From positions 1-39,513 of the forward strand of contig CADBNX010000217.1 of NCBI GenBank assembly GCA_902796115.1: DNA of 39,513 bases, read 5' to 3'. Positions 1 to 7,500 of this stretch are shown here, in pieces. How positions within the stretch are numbered: position 1 is the stretch's first letter; each line of letters begins with the position of its first letter. Position numbers and translations under genes: made by a program. Source of the DNA: an uncultured Eubacteriales bacterium. Lineage in GTDB: Bacteria > Bacillota > Clostridia > Christensenellales > Aristaeellaceae. The notes under the pieces were generated by a model. The model did no database searches. It had not been told where the DNA came from and saw only the letters and a program-made list of their open reading frames with translations.

Positions 1-788
1 TCCCCGCTGCCGGGAAGGAGGACCGCGAATTCCACCCGCTGTTCGGAATCCTCCGGGATGGGTACATTGGCGCGGTACTGCTGCGGGGAGAGAAGCTGTT
101 CGAGGATGCTGCCCAGCTGTGCTTCGCCCCAGATGCCGCGCGTTTTGACATTGGAAAGGACCTTTTTCAGGTCTCCCACTCCGTGGGCAAGGGTGCGCAT
201 TTCGCCGAGCCCGCGGCTGACTTCTTCAAGCCTCCGGCTGACCAGGCTGAAGCTTTCGCTCAGACGGCGGTCCAGTGTGGCGTGCAGCTTTTCATCCACG
301 GTCTGGCGCATTTCTTCCAGCTTTTTCGCGTTTTCCTGCTGGAGGGAGGCAAGACTCTGCGTGAGACGCTCCCGTATGGCGTCCAGCCTCTGTTCATTGC
401 CGCCGAGTTTTTCATCCAGCGTGCCCGCGATGTGGCGCAGGCGCTGCTCCTGACCGAGGCTGAAGGTGTCGAACCTGGCTCCGAGGTCATCCAGACGGCG
501 CTGGTACAGTTCCGACTGCCGCTGTCTTTCGTCCCGTTCCGTATGCAGCAGCGCTTCCGAACGCGCCTGCAGCTCATTGCGGTCCGGCAGGGCCATGAGA
601 CGCTCCCAGAGCGCGCGGTTTTCCTCGGAAAGGCGGGAGAAAGTCTGCCGGTTTTCTTCCCGCTGCGCCCTGAGCGTGCGGCGCAGGGAGGCAAGGCGGG
701 AGAGAAGCACGGCCGCAAGGACAGCCGTGATCAAAAACAGGATGACGGCGGCAGAAAGAAGGGACTGCGGCGGGAGAAAATCAGGCAT
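1..788 (-). CDS. rmuC: DNA recombination protein RmuC, N-terminal ~262 aa (3' end runs off the window)
   Basis: Absent from the ORF track because the frame is open to position 1. The minus-strand frame from ATG (788-786) reads MPDFLPPQSLLSAAVILFLITAVLAAVLL (TM anchor). A long R/E/Q/L coiled-coil follows, then VGDLKKVLSNVKTRGIWGEAQLGSILEQLLSPQQY, the RmuC hallmark. The ATG overlaps the tdk stop by 8 nt (ATGCCTGA). Confidence 0.8.
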   Translation of the reverse strand, partial: MPDFLPPQSLLSAAVILFLITAVLAAVLLSRLASLRRTLRAQREENRQTFSRLSEENRALWERLMALPDRNELQARSEALLHTERDERQRQSELYQRRLDDLGARFDTFSLGQEQRLRHIAGTLDEKLGGNEQRLDAIRERLTQSLASLQQENAKKLEEMRQTVDEKLHATLDRRLSESFSLVSRRLEEVSRGLGEMRTLAHGVGDLKKVLSNVKTRGIWGEAQLGSILEQLLSPQQYRANVPIPEDSEQRVEFAVLLPGSG

Positions 789-1371
789 GTGATTTGCCCT
801 CCCGCCAGTGCCGGTAGCACAGGCCGATGTAGCGGAAATCCTGATGATTGTCGATCACGACCTGTTCGCCGGTGCGCACGACGTTCCCGTCCGCGTCCAC
901 ACGGGTATTCATGGTCGCTTTCCTGCCGCACCAGCAGAGGGAACCCGAAACCTCCTGAATATCTTCCGCAAGGCGCAGCAGCGCCGCGGAACCCGGGAAA
1001 AACTGCCCCATAAAATCCGTTTTCAGGCCGTAACAGTAGATTTCAAGCGTATCCGCGAGGTCCGCCAGTTCCTGCACCTGGGATTCGGTGAGAAACTGTG
1101 CTTCATCCACGAAAACATATTGAAAAGTATTGTGCGCCTGCTGTACCGCAAGCCACGCGAGCTGTTCGCGCACGGGCGTATCCGCGTCAAGGACGATTTC
1201 CGCTTTCGCCTCAAGGCCGATGCGGGAATACACCACGTTGACACCGGCACGCGTGTCTATGGCGGGTTTGACCAGCGCTACCTTCAGACCGAGCTGCTGG
1301 TAGTTGTAGCGCTGCATCAGCAGCTGGGCTGTTTTGCTGGAGCCCATGACGCCGTGAAAAAAATGAAGCAT
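781..1371 (-). CDS. tdk: thymidine kinase
   Basis: 196 aa. N-terminal P-loop-like FFHGVMGSSKT, VDEAQF, and a C-terminal zinc motif CWCGRKA...GLCYRHW typical of type II thymidine kinases. Confidence 0.9.
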   Translation of the reverse strand: MLHFFHGVMGSSKTAQLLMQRYNYQQLGLKVALVKPAIDTRAGVNVVYSRIGLEAKAEIVLDADTPVREQLAWLAVQQAHNTFQYVFVDEAQFLTESQVQELADLADTLEIYCYGLKTDFMGQFFPGSAALLRLAEDIQEVSGSLCWCGRKATMNTRVDADGNVVRTGEQVVIDNHQDFRYIGLCYRHWREGKSHA

Positions 1372-1378
1372 GGTATCT

Positions 1379-1969
1379 TTACATTTCCCTGCGCCCTTCG
1401 AGCGCTTTGGACAGCGTTACCTCGTCCGTGTATTCCAGGTCGCCCCCGATCGGGACGCCGTGTGCGATGCGGGTGACGCGGATGCCGAGCGGCTTGATGA
1501 GCCGGGCCAGGTATGCCGCGGTCGCTTCGCCTTCGATATCCGGATTGGTGGCGATGATGACCTCGTTTATGCTGTCGTCCAGCCGCTGCAGCAGCTCCCG
1601 GATGCGCAGATCGTCCGGGCCTATGCCGTTCATCGGGGAGAGCGTGCCGCCCAGCACATGATACAGGCCCCTGTAATCGTGCATGCGCTCGATGGCGGCA
1701 GCGTCGCGCGGTTCGCGCACCACGCAGATCTGGCCGTTGTGCCTGGTTTCGTCGGAACAGACCGCACACTGCTCTTCTTCCGTGTAGTTGAAGCAGACGG
1801 GACAGAAGCGGACTGCCTTCCGCCCGTTCCAGAGCGTGGAAGCGAGCGTCCGCACGTCTTCCTCCGGCATGGATACGATATGGTATGCCAGGCGCTGCGC
1901 GCTTTTCCTGCCGATGCCGGGAAGACGGGACAGCTCCAGCGCGATGCGCGAGATGGCGTCGTTTGACAT
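1379..1969 (-). CDS. recR: recombination protein RecR
   Basis: LSRLPGIGRKSAQRLAYH helix-hairpin-helix, a C4 zinc finger CPVCFNYTEEEQCAVC, and a Toprim region. I place the start at the internal ATG (MSNDAISR, 1969), which abuts the ybaB stop, rather than at the track start 2023. Confidence 0.9.
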   Translation of the reverse strand: MSNDAISRIALELSRLPGIGRKSAQRLAYHIVSMPEEDVRTLASTLWNGRKAVRFCPVCFNYTEEEQCAVCSDETRHNGQICVVREPRDAAAIERMHDYRGLYHVLGGTLSPMNGIGPDDLRIRELLQRLDDSINEVIIATNPDIEGEATAAYLARLIKPLGIRVTRIAHGVPIGGDLEYTDEVTLSKALEGRREM

Positions 1970-1970
1970 G

Positions 1971-2309
1971 CTACAGAAGCCCGCCCATTCCGGCCGGCGC
2001 CATTCTGCCGAGCGTTTCCTCACGCTCTTTTTCGCCGGTGTGAATGGCTTCGTTGACCGCCGCGATGATCAGATCCTGCAGCATTTCCACATCGTCCGGA
2101 TCCACCGCCTCGGGCTTGATGGTGAGCGAGAGCAGCTCCTTTTTTCCGTTGATGCGGCAGGTCACGACTCCGCCGCCCGCGGAAGCCTCATATTCCTTCT
2201 GGTCGAGTTCTTCCTGGGTGCGTGCCAGCTGCTCCTGCATTTTCTGCGCCTGGCGCATCAGCTGCTGCATGTTGCCGCCGCCAAAGGACGGGAACTGATT
2301 CCTTGCCAT
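1971..2309 (-). CDS. ybaB: nucleoid-associated protein YbaB/EbfC
   Basis: 112 aa. [16 protein letters not shown]...[47 protein letters not shown] is the canonical YbaB pattern. Classic ybaB-recR pairing. Confidence 0.92.
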   Translation of the reverse strand: MARNQFPSFGGGNMQQLMRQAQKMQEQLARTQEELDQKEYEASAGGGVVTCRINGKKELLSLTIKPEAVDPDDVEMLQDLIIAAVNEAIHTGEKEREETLGRMAPAGMGGLL

Positions 2310-2347
2310 GTCGATTTCCTCCGTTTTATGTTTTTTTGATGGACCGC

Positions 2348-3070
2348 TTACAGATCCGCTTCCAGCCGTACGCCGCGGCCCACGATCGTGATTTCGTTGA
2401 AATTTTTGATTTCGCTTTCGCAGGACGCGCCGAATTTCTGCAGCATGGCCTGGAAATGCGGAAGCACCTTTACCTTGCGCAGGAGGCGCCCGTAGGGGGT
2501 CTCGAGCAGCATCAGACTGTCATCCACGGGGGACTGCGCGGGAACGATGAGGATCAGATCCCCCCGGCGGATGCGGAAGCCCTGCAGCTCGTCGTCCGGC
2601 GCGGTGTAGTAATACACCTTGTCCGGCGCGGCTCCGCAGATCTTTCCGTCGGTGACGGGCAGCAGGCGGTGACCTGTGCACTTCATCGCCGCGTTCATGA
2701 TGGGCACGTTCTTGAGCACGCCGGACAGCGCGTCAAGCCAGATGGAGCCCGCGACAGGCGCCTGGGCTTTTGCTTCTTTTGCCGGGTCGGACGTTTTTTT
2801 CGCCTGTTCGGCCATCTGACGCAGACGGGGTACCGCGGACTGCAGATCCACCGTGGACGCGATATCGTCCAGGGTAAAATCCGCTTCCGTGTGCTCCCTG
2901 AGACCGATCGTTTTCAGGATGCGCCGGGCCTGGTCGTCCGCGATGATCCGGGTTCCGGCCTCCACTTCCTGAAGGTATTTGTCGCTCACGCCGCATTTTT
3001 TGGCGACCTGTTTGAAGGTGAGGCCCTGGCGGGTCCTCTCCAGGTGGATCAAATCACCCAATCTGCTCAT
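2348..3070 (-). CDS. XRE-family helix-turn-helix protein with a C-terminal LexA/S24-like barrel (catalytic Ser not evident)
   Basis: The N-terminus [30 protein letters not shown] is an XRE HTH. A charged linker follows. The C-terminus ...[17 protein letters not shown]...RLLRKVKVL resembles the S24 fold, but no GxSM serine motif is visible. Confidence 0.6.
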   Translation of the reverse strand: MSRLGDLIHLERTRQGLTFKQVAKKCGVSDKYLQEVEAGTRIIADDQARRILKTIGLREHTEADFTLDDIASTVDLQSAVPRLRQMAEQAKKTSDPAKEAKAQAPVAGSIWLDALSGVLKNVPIMNAAMKCTGHRLLPVTDGKICGAAPDKVYYYTAPDDELQGFRIRRGDLILIVPAQSPVDDSLMLLETPYGRLLRKVKVLPHFQAMLQKFGASCESEIKNFNEITIVGRGVRLEADL

Positions 3071-3695
3071 CTTTCTTATCCTTTCCGTTTGCTGTGTCCC
3101 GCATATGGCGGAACGTATCCCGGATCAGTTCGTTCACGAAAAGCGCGTTTTCCCGGTTCGGGTCCCGTCTGTCCGCGGGAATGTCCAGCGGCGCGCCGAT
3201 AAAGGTGTGTATCCGGTGAAAAGGGCGGGGCTTCCCGTGAATGTAGACGGGAATGACGGGCACCTTTTCCCGCAGCGCGAGCAGGGACACACCGTCCTCC
3301 ACCACGGACATCATCTCGGGAAGTTTTCGCGTTCCTTCCGGAAAGATGCCCAGTACGTGCCCTTCACGCAGGGTTTTCGAACAGGCGCGCATGGCGGCGA
3401 TATCCACTTCATGACGCGATACGGAGATCATGTGCAGCCTGGGAAGCAGCCAGCCTGCGAGACGGCCGCGCGTCAGCTCCTGTTTGCCGAGAAATGTGAT
3501 CTCACAGGGACATGCGCAGGCCAGAATGAAAACGTCGGACCAGGACTGATGGTTCGCGATCAGGATATACGGCGCCTTCCGCTGCTTCAGCTCTTCCCGG
3601 CTGTGCCAGCAGACAGGCGTGACGCAGCGGTTCCAGAAGGATGCCACGGCATGGGCAAAAGCATACCAGGAGGATTTTTTATTCTTTTCCGGCAT
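3054..3695 (-). CDS. plsC: 1-acyl-sn-glycerol-3-phosphate acyltransferase
   Basis: HX4D motif (NHQSWSD) and FPEGTR motif. 213 aa. Overlaps its neighbours by 17 nt on each side. Confidence 0.85.
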   Translation of the reverse strand: MPEKNKKSSWYAFAHAVASFWNRCVTPVCWHSREELKQRKAPYILIANHQSWSDVFILACACPCEITFLGKQELTRGRLAGWLLPRLHMISVSRHEVDIAAMRACSKTLREGHVLGIFPEGTRKLPEMMSVVEDGVSLLALREKVPVIPVYIHGKPRPFHRIHTFIGAPLDIPADRRDPNRENALFVNELIRDTFRHMRDTANGKDKKDEQIG

Positions 3696-4362
3696 GGCGT
3701 TTCCTTATTGTGTCCAGGATGACTTCCACGGTTTCGTCAAAGGTGAGAGAAGACGAATCCACAAGGACCGCGTCTTCCGCCTGACGAAGCGGATCCGTTT
3801 CCCGGGTCATGTCCTGTTCATCGCGTGCTTTGACTTCCCCGAGCACTTTTTCGTAAGGCGTCTGATCGCCCTTCTCCCGCAGCTGCTTCAGACGGCGCTG
3901 CGCGCGCACCTCCACGGAAGAGGTGAGGTAAATTTTTACATCCGCGTCCTTCAGCACAACGGTGCCGATATCGCGGCCGTCCAGCAGCATGCTTTCGGAA
4001 CGGGCGATTTCCTGCTGCAGCGCCACCATCCTTTTGCGGATGCAGGGATAGCGGGAGATGGCGGAAGCGGCCTGCCCGATTTCCTGTGTGCGGATGAGGG
4101 CGGATACGTCCTCTCCGTCCAGCAGCGTCATCTGCCGGTCGTCCGCATAGCGCACGGAGACACGGATCTGTCCTTTTTCCGCGAGACGGCACACGGCTTC
4201 GGCGTCTTCGGGCGATATCCCTTCCCGGACCACCTTCAGCGCGGCGGCGCGGTACATCGCGCCCGTATCCAGATGGAGAATTCCAAGTCTTTTCGCAACG
4301 GCGTCGCAGACCGTGGATTTTCCTGCGCCGACCGGACCGTCCAGAGCAATTGTGAGCGGCAT
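3679..4362 (-). CDS. cmk: cytidylate kinase
   Basis: IALDGPVGAGKSTV P-loop, LDTGAMYRA, and DGRDIGTVV. Confidence 0.92.
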   Translation of the reverse strand: MPLTIALDGPVGAGKSTVCDAVAKRLGILHLDTGAMYRAAALKVVREGISPEDAEAVCRLAEKGQIRVSVRYADDRQMTLLDGEDVSALIRTQEIGQAASAISRYPCIRKRMVALQQEIARSESMLLDGRDIGTVVLKDADVKIYLTSSVEVRAQRRLKQLREKGDQTPYEKVLGEVKARDEQDMTRETDPLRQAEDAVLVDSSSLTFDETVEVILDTIRKRHAGKE

Positions 4363-4431
4363 GGCGGTACCTTTCCTTCTATGCGTGCGTTCGCAGAAAC
4401 GGGACGTCAGTCCCGATTCCGCGCCGCCTAT

Positions 4432-4460
4432 ATTGTACGAAAAAAAGCACTTTGCGTCAA
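4432..4460 (-). promoter_or_regulatory. candidate sigma-A promoter for the cmk operon (TTGACG-17 nt-TACAAT)
   Basis: The minus strand reads TTGACG (4460-4455), a 17-nt spacer, then TACAAT (4437-4432), about 70 nt upstream of the cmk ATG. A CGGGAC-tgac-GTCCCG hairpin lies in the leader. Confidence 0.5.
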
Positions 4461-4477
4461 GATTGCCCGCGAGGAAT

Positions 4478-5623
4478 TCAGGCGTCCGTCAATACATGGC
4501 CGAAAGGATTTCCCTCTCCCAGATACGTGTGAACAAGGGCTTCGAATTCCTGCCTGGTGCGGACGCCCGCGTCCGAAAAGATTTTGGAAAGCCGGTAGCG
4601 GAGCGTGGAAACGGACAGGAACAGGAGCTCCGCGGTTTTTTCGTAGCTGAGACGGTCAATGACACAGCGGATGATGCGCATGTCAAGCTCGTCCCGCCGG
4701 CTGAGGCAGTTATCCAGGTCCACCACGACGGAGATGGTTGGATTGTAGTAGAAACGGTCCGGCTGCATGCTGTCCGGGGAAAGCGGGCCCTGTTCCGCCG
4801 GAATGCGGTTCGTACTTTCGCGCACCAGGATGCGGCTGGGTACGGTGATTTTCAGCGCGCTGCCGCGCATGTTATCCGTGGAATTGAGGAAGCGCCAGAC
4901 ATTGAACGCCTGATCGCCGACGCATACCATATCCATGCTGAGGCTTGTGATGCTGGGCCTGCAGACCTCGCCGACGGTCATGCCGCCGAAGGAAGCCAGA
5001 TACAGATCCTCCGGGATGCGGATCCCTGCCCGGCGGCAGGCGTTGATGAAACAGACCGAGATGATGTCGTTCGGGCAGATCACGCAGTCGTATTCCCGGG
5101 CGCGGCACAGGAAGGCGTCGAAGCTTTCCTGCGGGTCATGCTGCCAGAGGAACCCGTCGCGGGGCAGGATCGGGTGTCCCCGGCCGGCCGCCGCGCTGAG
5201 CGCGGTATGATAGCGGAAAACATCGTTGATGGAATTCTGCCCGAAGCCGACCAGCGCGAGACGTTCCCGTCCGCAGCTGAAGAGATAATCGACCAGCTGC
5301 CTGGTGCCGGCACGCCGGGAGGGCGTGGCACAGGATACGTCCTGCCCGAACTGCTCGGAATCGATGCCGGCCAGTACGATGCCCCGTCCCGCGCCGCGCA
5401 GCGCGGTGACGATCTGGCGGATATAGGGCATGCTGACGGAAACAACGATGGCGGCTGATGGGAGGGAATCATAGCGCAGCTGTTCCGTTTCGTCTTCCTC
5501 GATCAGACGCAGCCTGGCGCCGGCGCGGGAAGCAGCCGCGCGCAGGCCGTTCAGGACGCTGTAGTATTGATGGCTCATGACCGTTTTCCGTTCGATGAAT
5601 ACAGGCACTGTCATCTCTTTCAT
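4478..5623 (-). CDS. hybrid transcriptional regulator: LacI-type periplasmic-binding (sugar-binding) domain plus C-terminal LuxR/GerE HTH
   Basis: There is no N-terminal LacI HTH. The body matches the LacI/PBP type-1 ligand domain (…YDCVICPNDIISVCFINACRRAGIRIPEDLYLASFGG…). The C-terminus LSYEKTAELLFLSVSTLRYRLSKIF is a LuxR-type HTH. Divergent from the 5794-15788 operon. Confidence 0.75.
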   Translation of the reverse strand: MKEMTVPVFIERKTVMSHQYYSVLNGLRAAASRAGARLRLIEEDETEQLRYDSLPSAAIVVSVSMPYIRQIVTALRGAGRGIVLAGIDSEQFGQDVSCATPSRRAGTRQLVDYLFSCGRERLALVGFGQNSINDVFRYHTALSAAAGRGHPILPRDGFLWQHDPQESFDAFLCRAREYDCVICPNDIISVCFINACRRAGIRIPEDLYLASFGGMTVGEVCRPSITSLSMDMVCVGDQAFNVWRFLNSTDNMRGSALKITVPSRILVRESTNRIPAEQGPLSPDSMQPDRFYYNPTISVVVDLDNCLSRRDELDMRIIRCVIDRLSYEKTAELLFLSVSTLRYRLSKIFSDAGVRTRQEFEALVHTYLGEGNPFGHVLTDA

Positions 5624-5657
5624 GCCGCTGCCCTTCCCGCAAAACAGATAATAAAAT

Positions 5658-5686
5658 ATTATAAATCATCCGAACCCAAAATACAA
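5658..5686 (-). promoter_or_regulatory. candidate promoter of the regulator gene (TTGTAT-17-TATAAT)
   Basis: Minus strand: -35 TTGTAT (5686-5681), 17-nt spacer, -10 TATAAT (5663-5658). An ATAATA-aaa-TATTAT inverted repeat (5648-5662) overlaps the -10. Confidence 0.35.
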
Positions 5687-5793
5687 GACGAAGATTGCGA
5701 TTCACCGCTTTTTCAACATTTATCTGTCAATTGGGGCTGAATGCGCATATAATAAGAAAAAGCAGGGTATATCCTGCGGAAGGAGGCGGAGCA

Positions 5794-6675
5794 GTGGCGC
5801 GTTTTGAGGAGATCGTCCCGGGCATCCTTCGCCTGAAGGTGCCTTTCGGCGCGGGCTGGACGGCCGTGACGCTGATACGGGGAGAAGAAAACTGCCTGAT
5901 CGACGCGGCGGGCTGTGCGGCAAACGTGGATGACACGATCGTGCCGGCGCTGAAAGCAGAAGGACTGCGGATGGACGATATCGCCTGTGTCCTTCTGACG
6001 CATATGCACGGGGATCATGTGGGCGGCGTGGCCCGGATGAAGGAACTCAATCCTGCCCTGAAGGCGGCGGTGTTCCGGGATTCACTGGAGCGGATGCGCG
6101 AGCCGAGGGTGTATTCCAGGAAGATCCGTTCCGTATACCCGGCATACAGCGCGCCGGTGCCGGAAGTGCTGGAGGGCTGCGAACCCGATATCCTGCTGGG
6201 TGACGGGGAAGGCTGGGGACCTTTGGCACTGATCCACACGCCGGGACACGATACCGACAGCTGCTGCTGGTGGCATATCCCGACCGGGACCCTGATCTGC
6301 GGGGATTCGCTGCAGCAGCGCGGCACGGCGTCCCAGGGCTGCGCGCTGCTGATGGATGTGCCGAACTACCGGGAGAGTGTCGCGCGGCTGATGACGATCC
6401 GGGTAAAAAACATTGTGCTGGGGCACGCGTATCTTCCCCTGGGCGATGTTTTCCGCGGCGAGGAGGCATGCCGGAAGCTGCTTGTATCGTGCCTTTGCCA
6501 GGACGCGGCGGACAGGGCTTTCGTGCGCGGCATGGCCGCCGCCGGAGTAAGGGACGATGTGACCATCGCCCGGGAACTGATTCGGGAGTGCGGGGGAAAG
6601 GAACCCAAGTATCTTTTCCTGCCGCTGTATACGGTAAACGGATACTATCATGAAACGGAGCGTGAAGAAAGATGA
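5794..6675 (+). CDS. MBL-fold metallo-hydrolase (possible lactonase or hydrolase)
   Basis: HMHGDHVGG (HxHxDH) and HTPGHDTDS motifs. I prefer the GTG start at 5794, 7 nt after AGGAGG (5781-5786), over the track ATG at 5695. The stop overlaps the next ATG (ATGA). Confidence 0.8.
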   Translation: MARFEEIVPGILRLKVPFGAGWTAVTLIRGEENCLIDAAGCAANVDDTIVPALKAEGLRMDDIACVLLTHMHGDHVGGVARMKELNPALKAAVFRDSLERMREPRVYSRKIRSVYPAYSAPVPEVLEGCEPDILLGDGEGWGPLALIHTPGHDTDSCCWWHIPTGTLICGDSLQQRGTASQGCALLMDVPNYRESVARLMTIRVKNIVLGHAYLPLGDVFRGEEACRKLLVSCLCQDAADRAFVRGMAAAGVRDDVTIARELIRECGGKEPKYLFLPLYTVNGYYHETEREER

Positions 6676-7463
6676 AAAAGAGCATTCTGATTACGGGTTC
6701 CTCCCACGGCATCGGCGCGGCGTGCGCGGAAGCGTTCGCGAAGGACGGCTATGATGTAGGCATCAATTACAACAAGAGCCCGGAAGGCGCGCAGGAAGTG
6801 GCGGAGCGCTGCCGGGCGCTCGGCGCGGACGCGCAGGTGTATCAGGCGGATGTGTCCAAGAGAGTGCAGTGCGAGGAAATGCTCGGAAAATTCATCGAGC
6901 ACTTCGGCAAGATCGATGTGCTGGTGAATAACGCCGGCGGCGCGCTGAAAATGCCCAAGGGCGGTTTCGCGGACATGCCGATGGATTACTGGGAAGACCA
7001 GATCGACCTGAACCTGAACGCCGCGGCGTTCTGCAGCCACGTGGCGGCGAAGGACATGATCGAAAAAGGCGTGCACGGAGCGATCATCAATATTTCCTCC
7101 ATCCACAGCCAGGTGACCTGGGTGAAGCGCAAGGCGCTTCCCTACAGCGCCGGCAAAGCCGGACTGAACATGTTCACCAAATCCATCGGCGTGGAGCTGA
7201 TCAAGTACGGCATCAACGTGAACTGCATCGCGCCGGGACTGGTATACACCAAGATCATGTCCCGTTACTCCGATCGGGATATCGAGGGCTTCAACCGCAA
7301 GATCCCGGCGGGCTACGGCGGACAGCCGAGCGATATCGTTCCGATGATCCAGTTCCTGGCCGACAAGGAAAAGAGCCGCTTCATCGTCGGACAGACGATT
7401 TTTATCGACGGCGGACAGTCGATCGACGGCGTGATCGACTGCATGATGGAAGACGAATTCTGA
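6672..7463 (+). CDS. SDR-family oxidoreductase
   Basis: TGSSHGIGAA (TGxxxGxG), NNAG, and the catalytic YSAGKAG (YxxxK). 263 aa. Confidence 0.88.
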   Translation: MKKSILITGSSHGIGAACAEAFAKDGYDVGINYNKSPEGAQEVAERCRALGADAQVYQADVSKRVQCEEMLGKFIEHFGKIDVLVNNAGGALKMPKGGFADMPMDYWEDQIDLNLNAAAFCSHVAAKDMIEKGVHGAIINISSIHSQVTWVKRKALPYSAGKAGLNMFTKSIGVELIKYGINVNCIAPGLVYTKIMSRYSDRDIEGFNRKIPAGYGGQPSDIVPMIQFLADKEKSRFIVGQTIFIDGGQSIDGVIDCMMEDEF

Positions 7464-7500
7464 GACCGACCGGACCATTCATCGAAAAGGAGAGAAAACC

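Noticed and set aside
58-1013. Track ORFs 58-453(+), 183-1013(+), 260-718(-) and 466-792(+) at the left edge.
   Set aside because: The edge-truncated minus-strand frame, which is not in the track, encodes a recognisable RmuC N-terminal half. The listed ORFs are shadow frames of it and of tdk.
1970-2023. N-terminal extensions of several track ORFs: recR to 2023, valS TTG at 24145, fdrA from 10639, the isomerase-like gene to 19025, the MBL gene to 33992, DUF1385 to 37281, rpmE to 37459, GDPD from 37589, xth to 39304, and DUF2877 from 14934.
   Set aside because: The extensions overlap upstream genes or terminators, lack an RBS, and precede internal start codons that have good Shine-Dalgarno spacing and family-typical N-termini.
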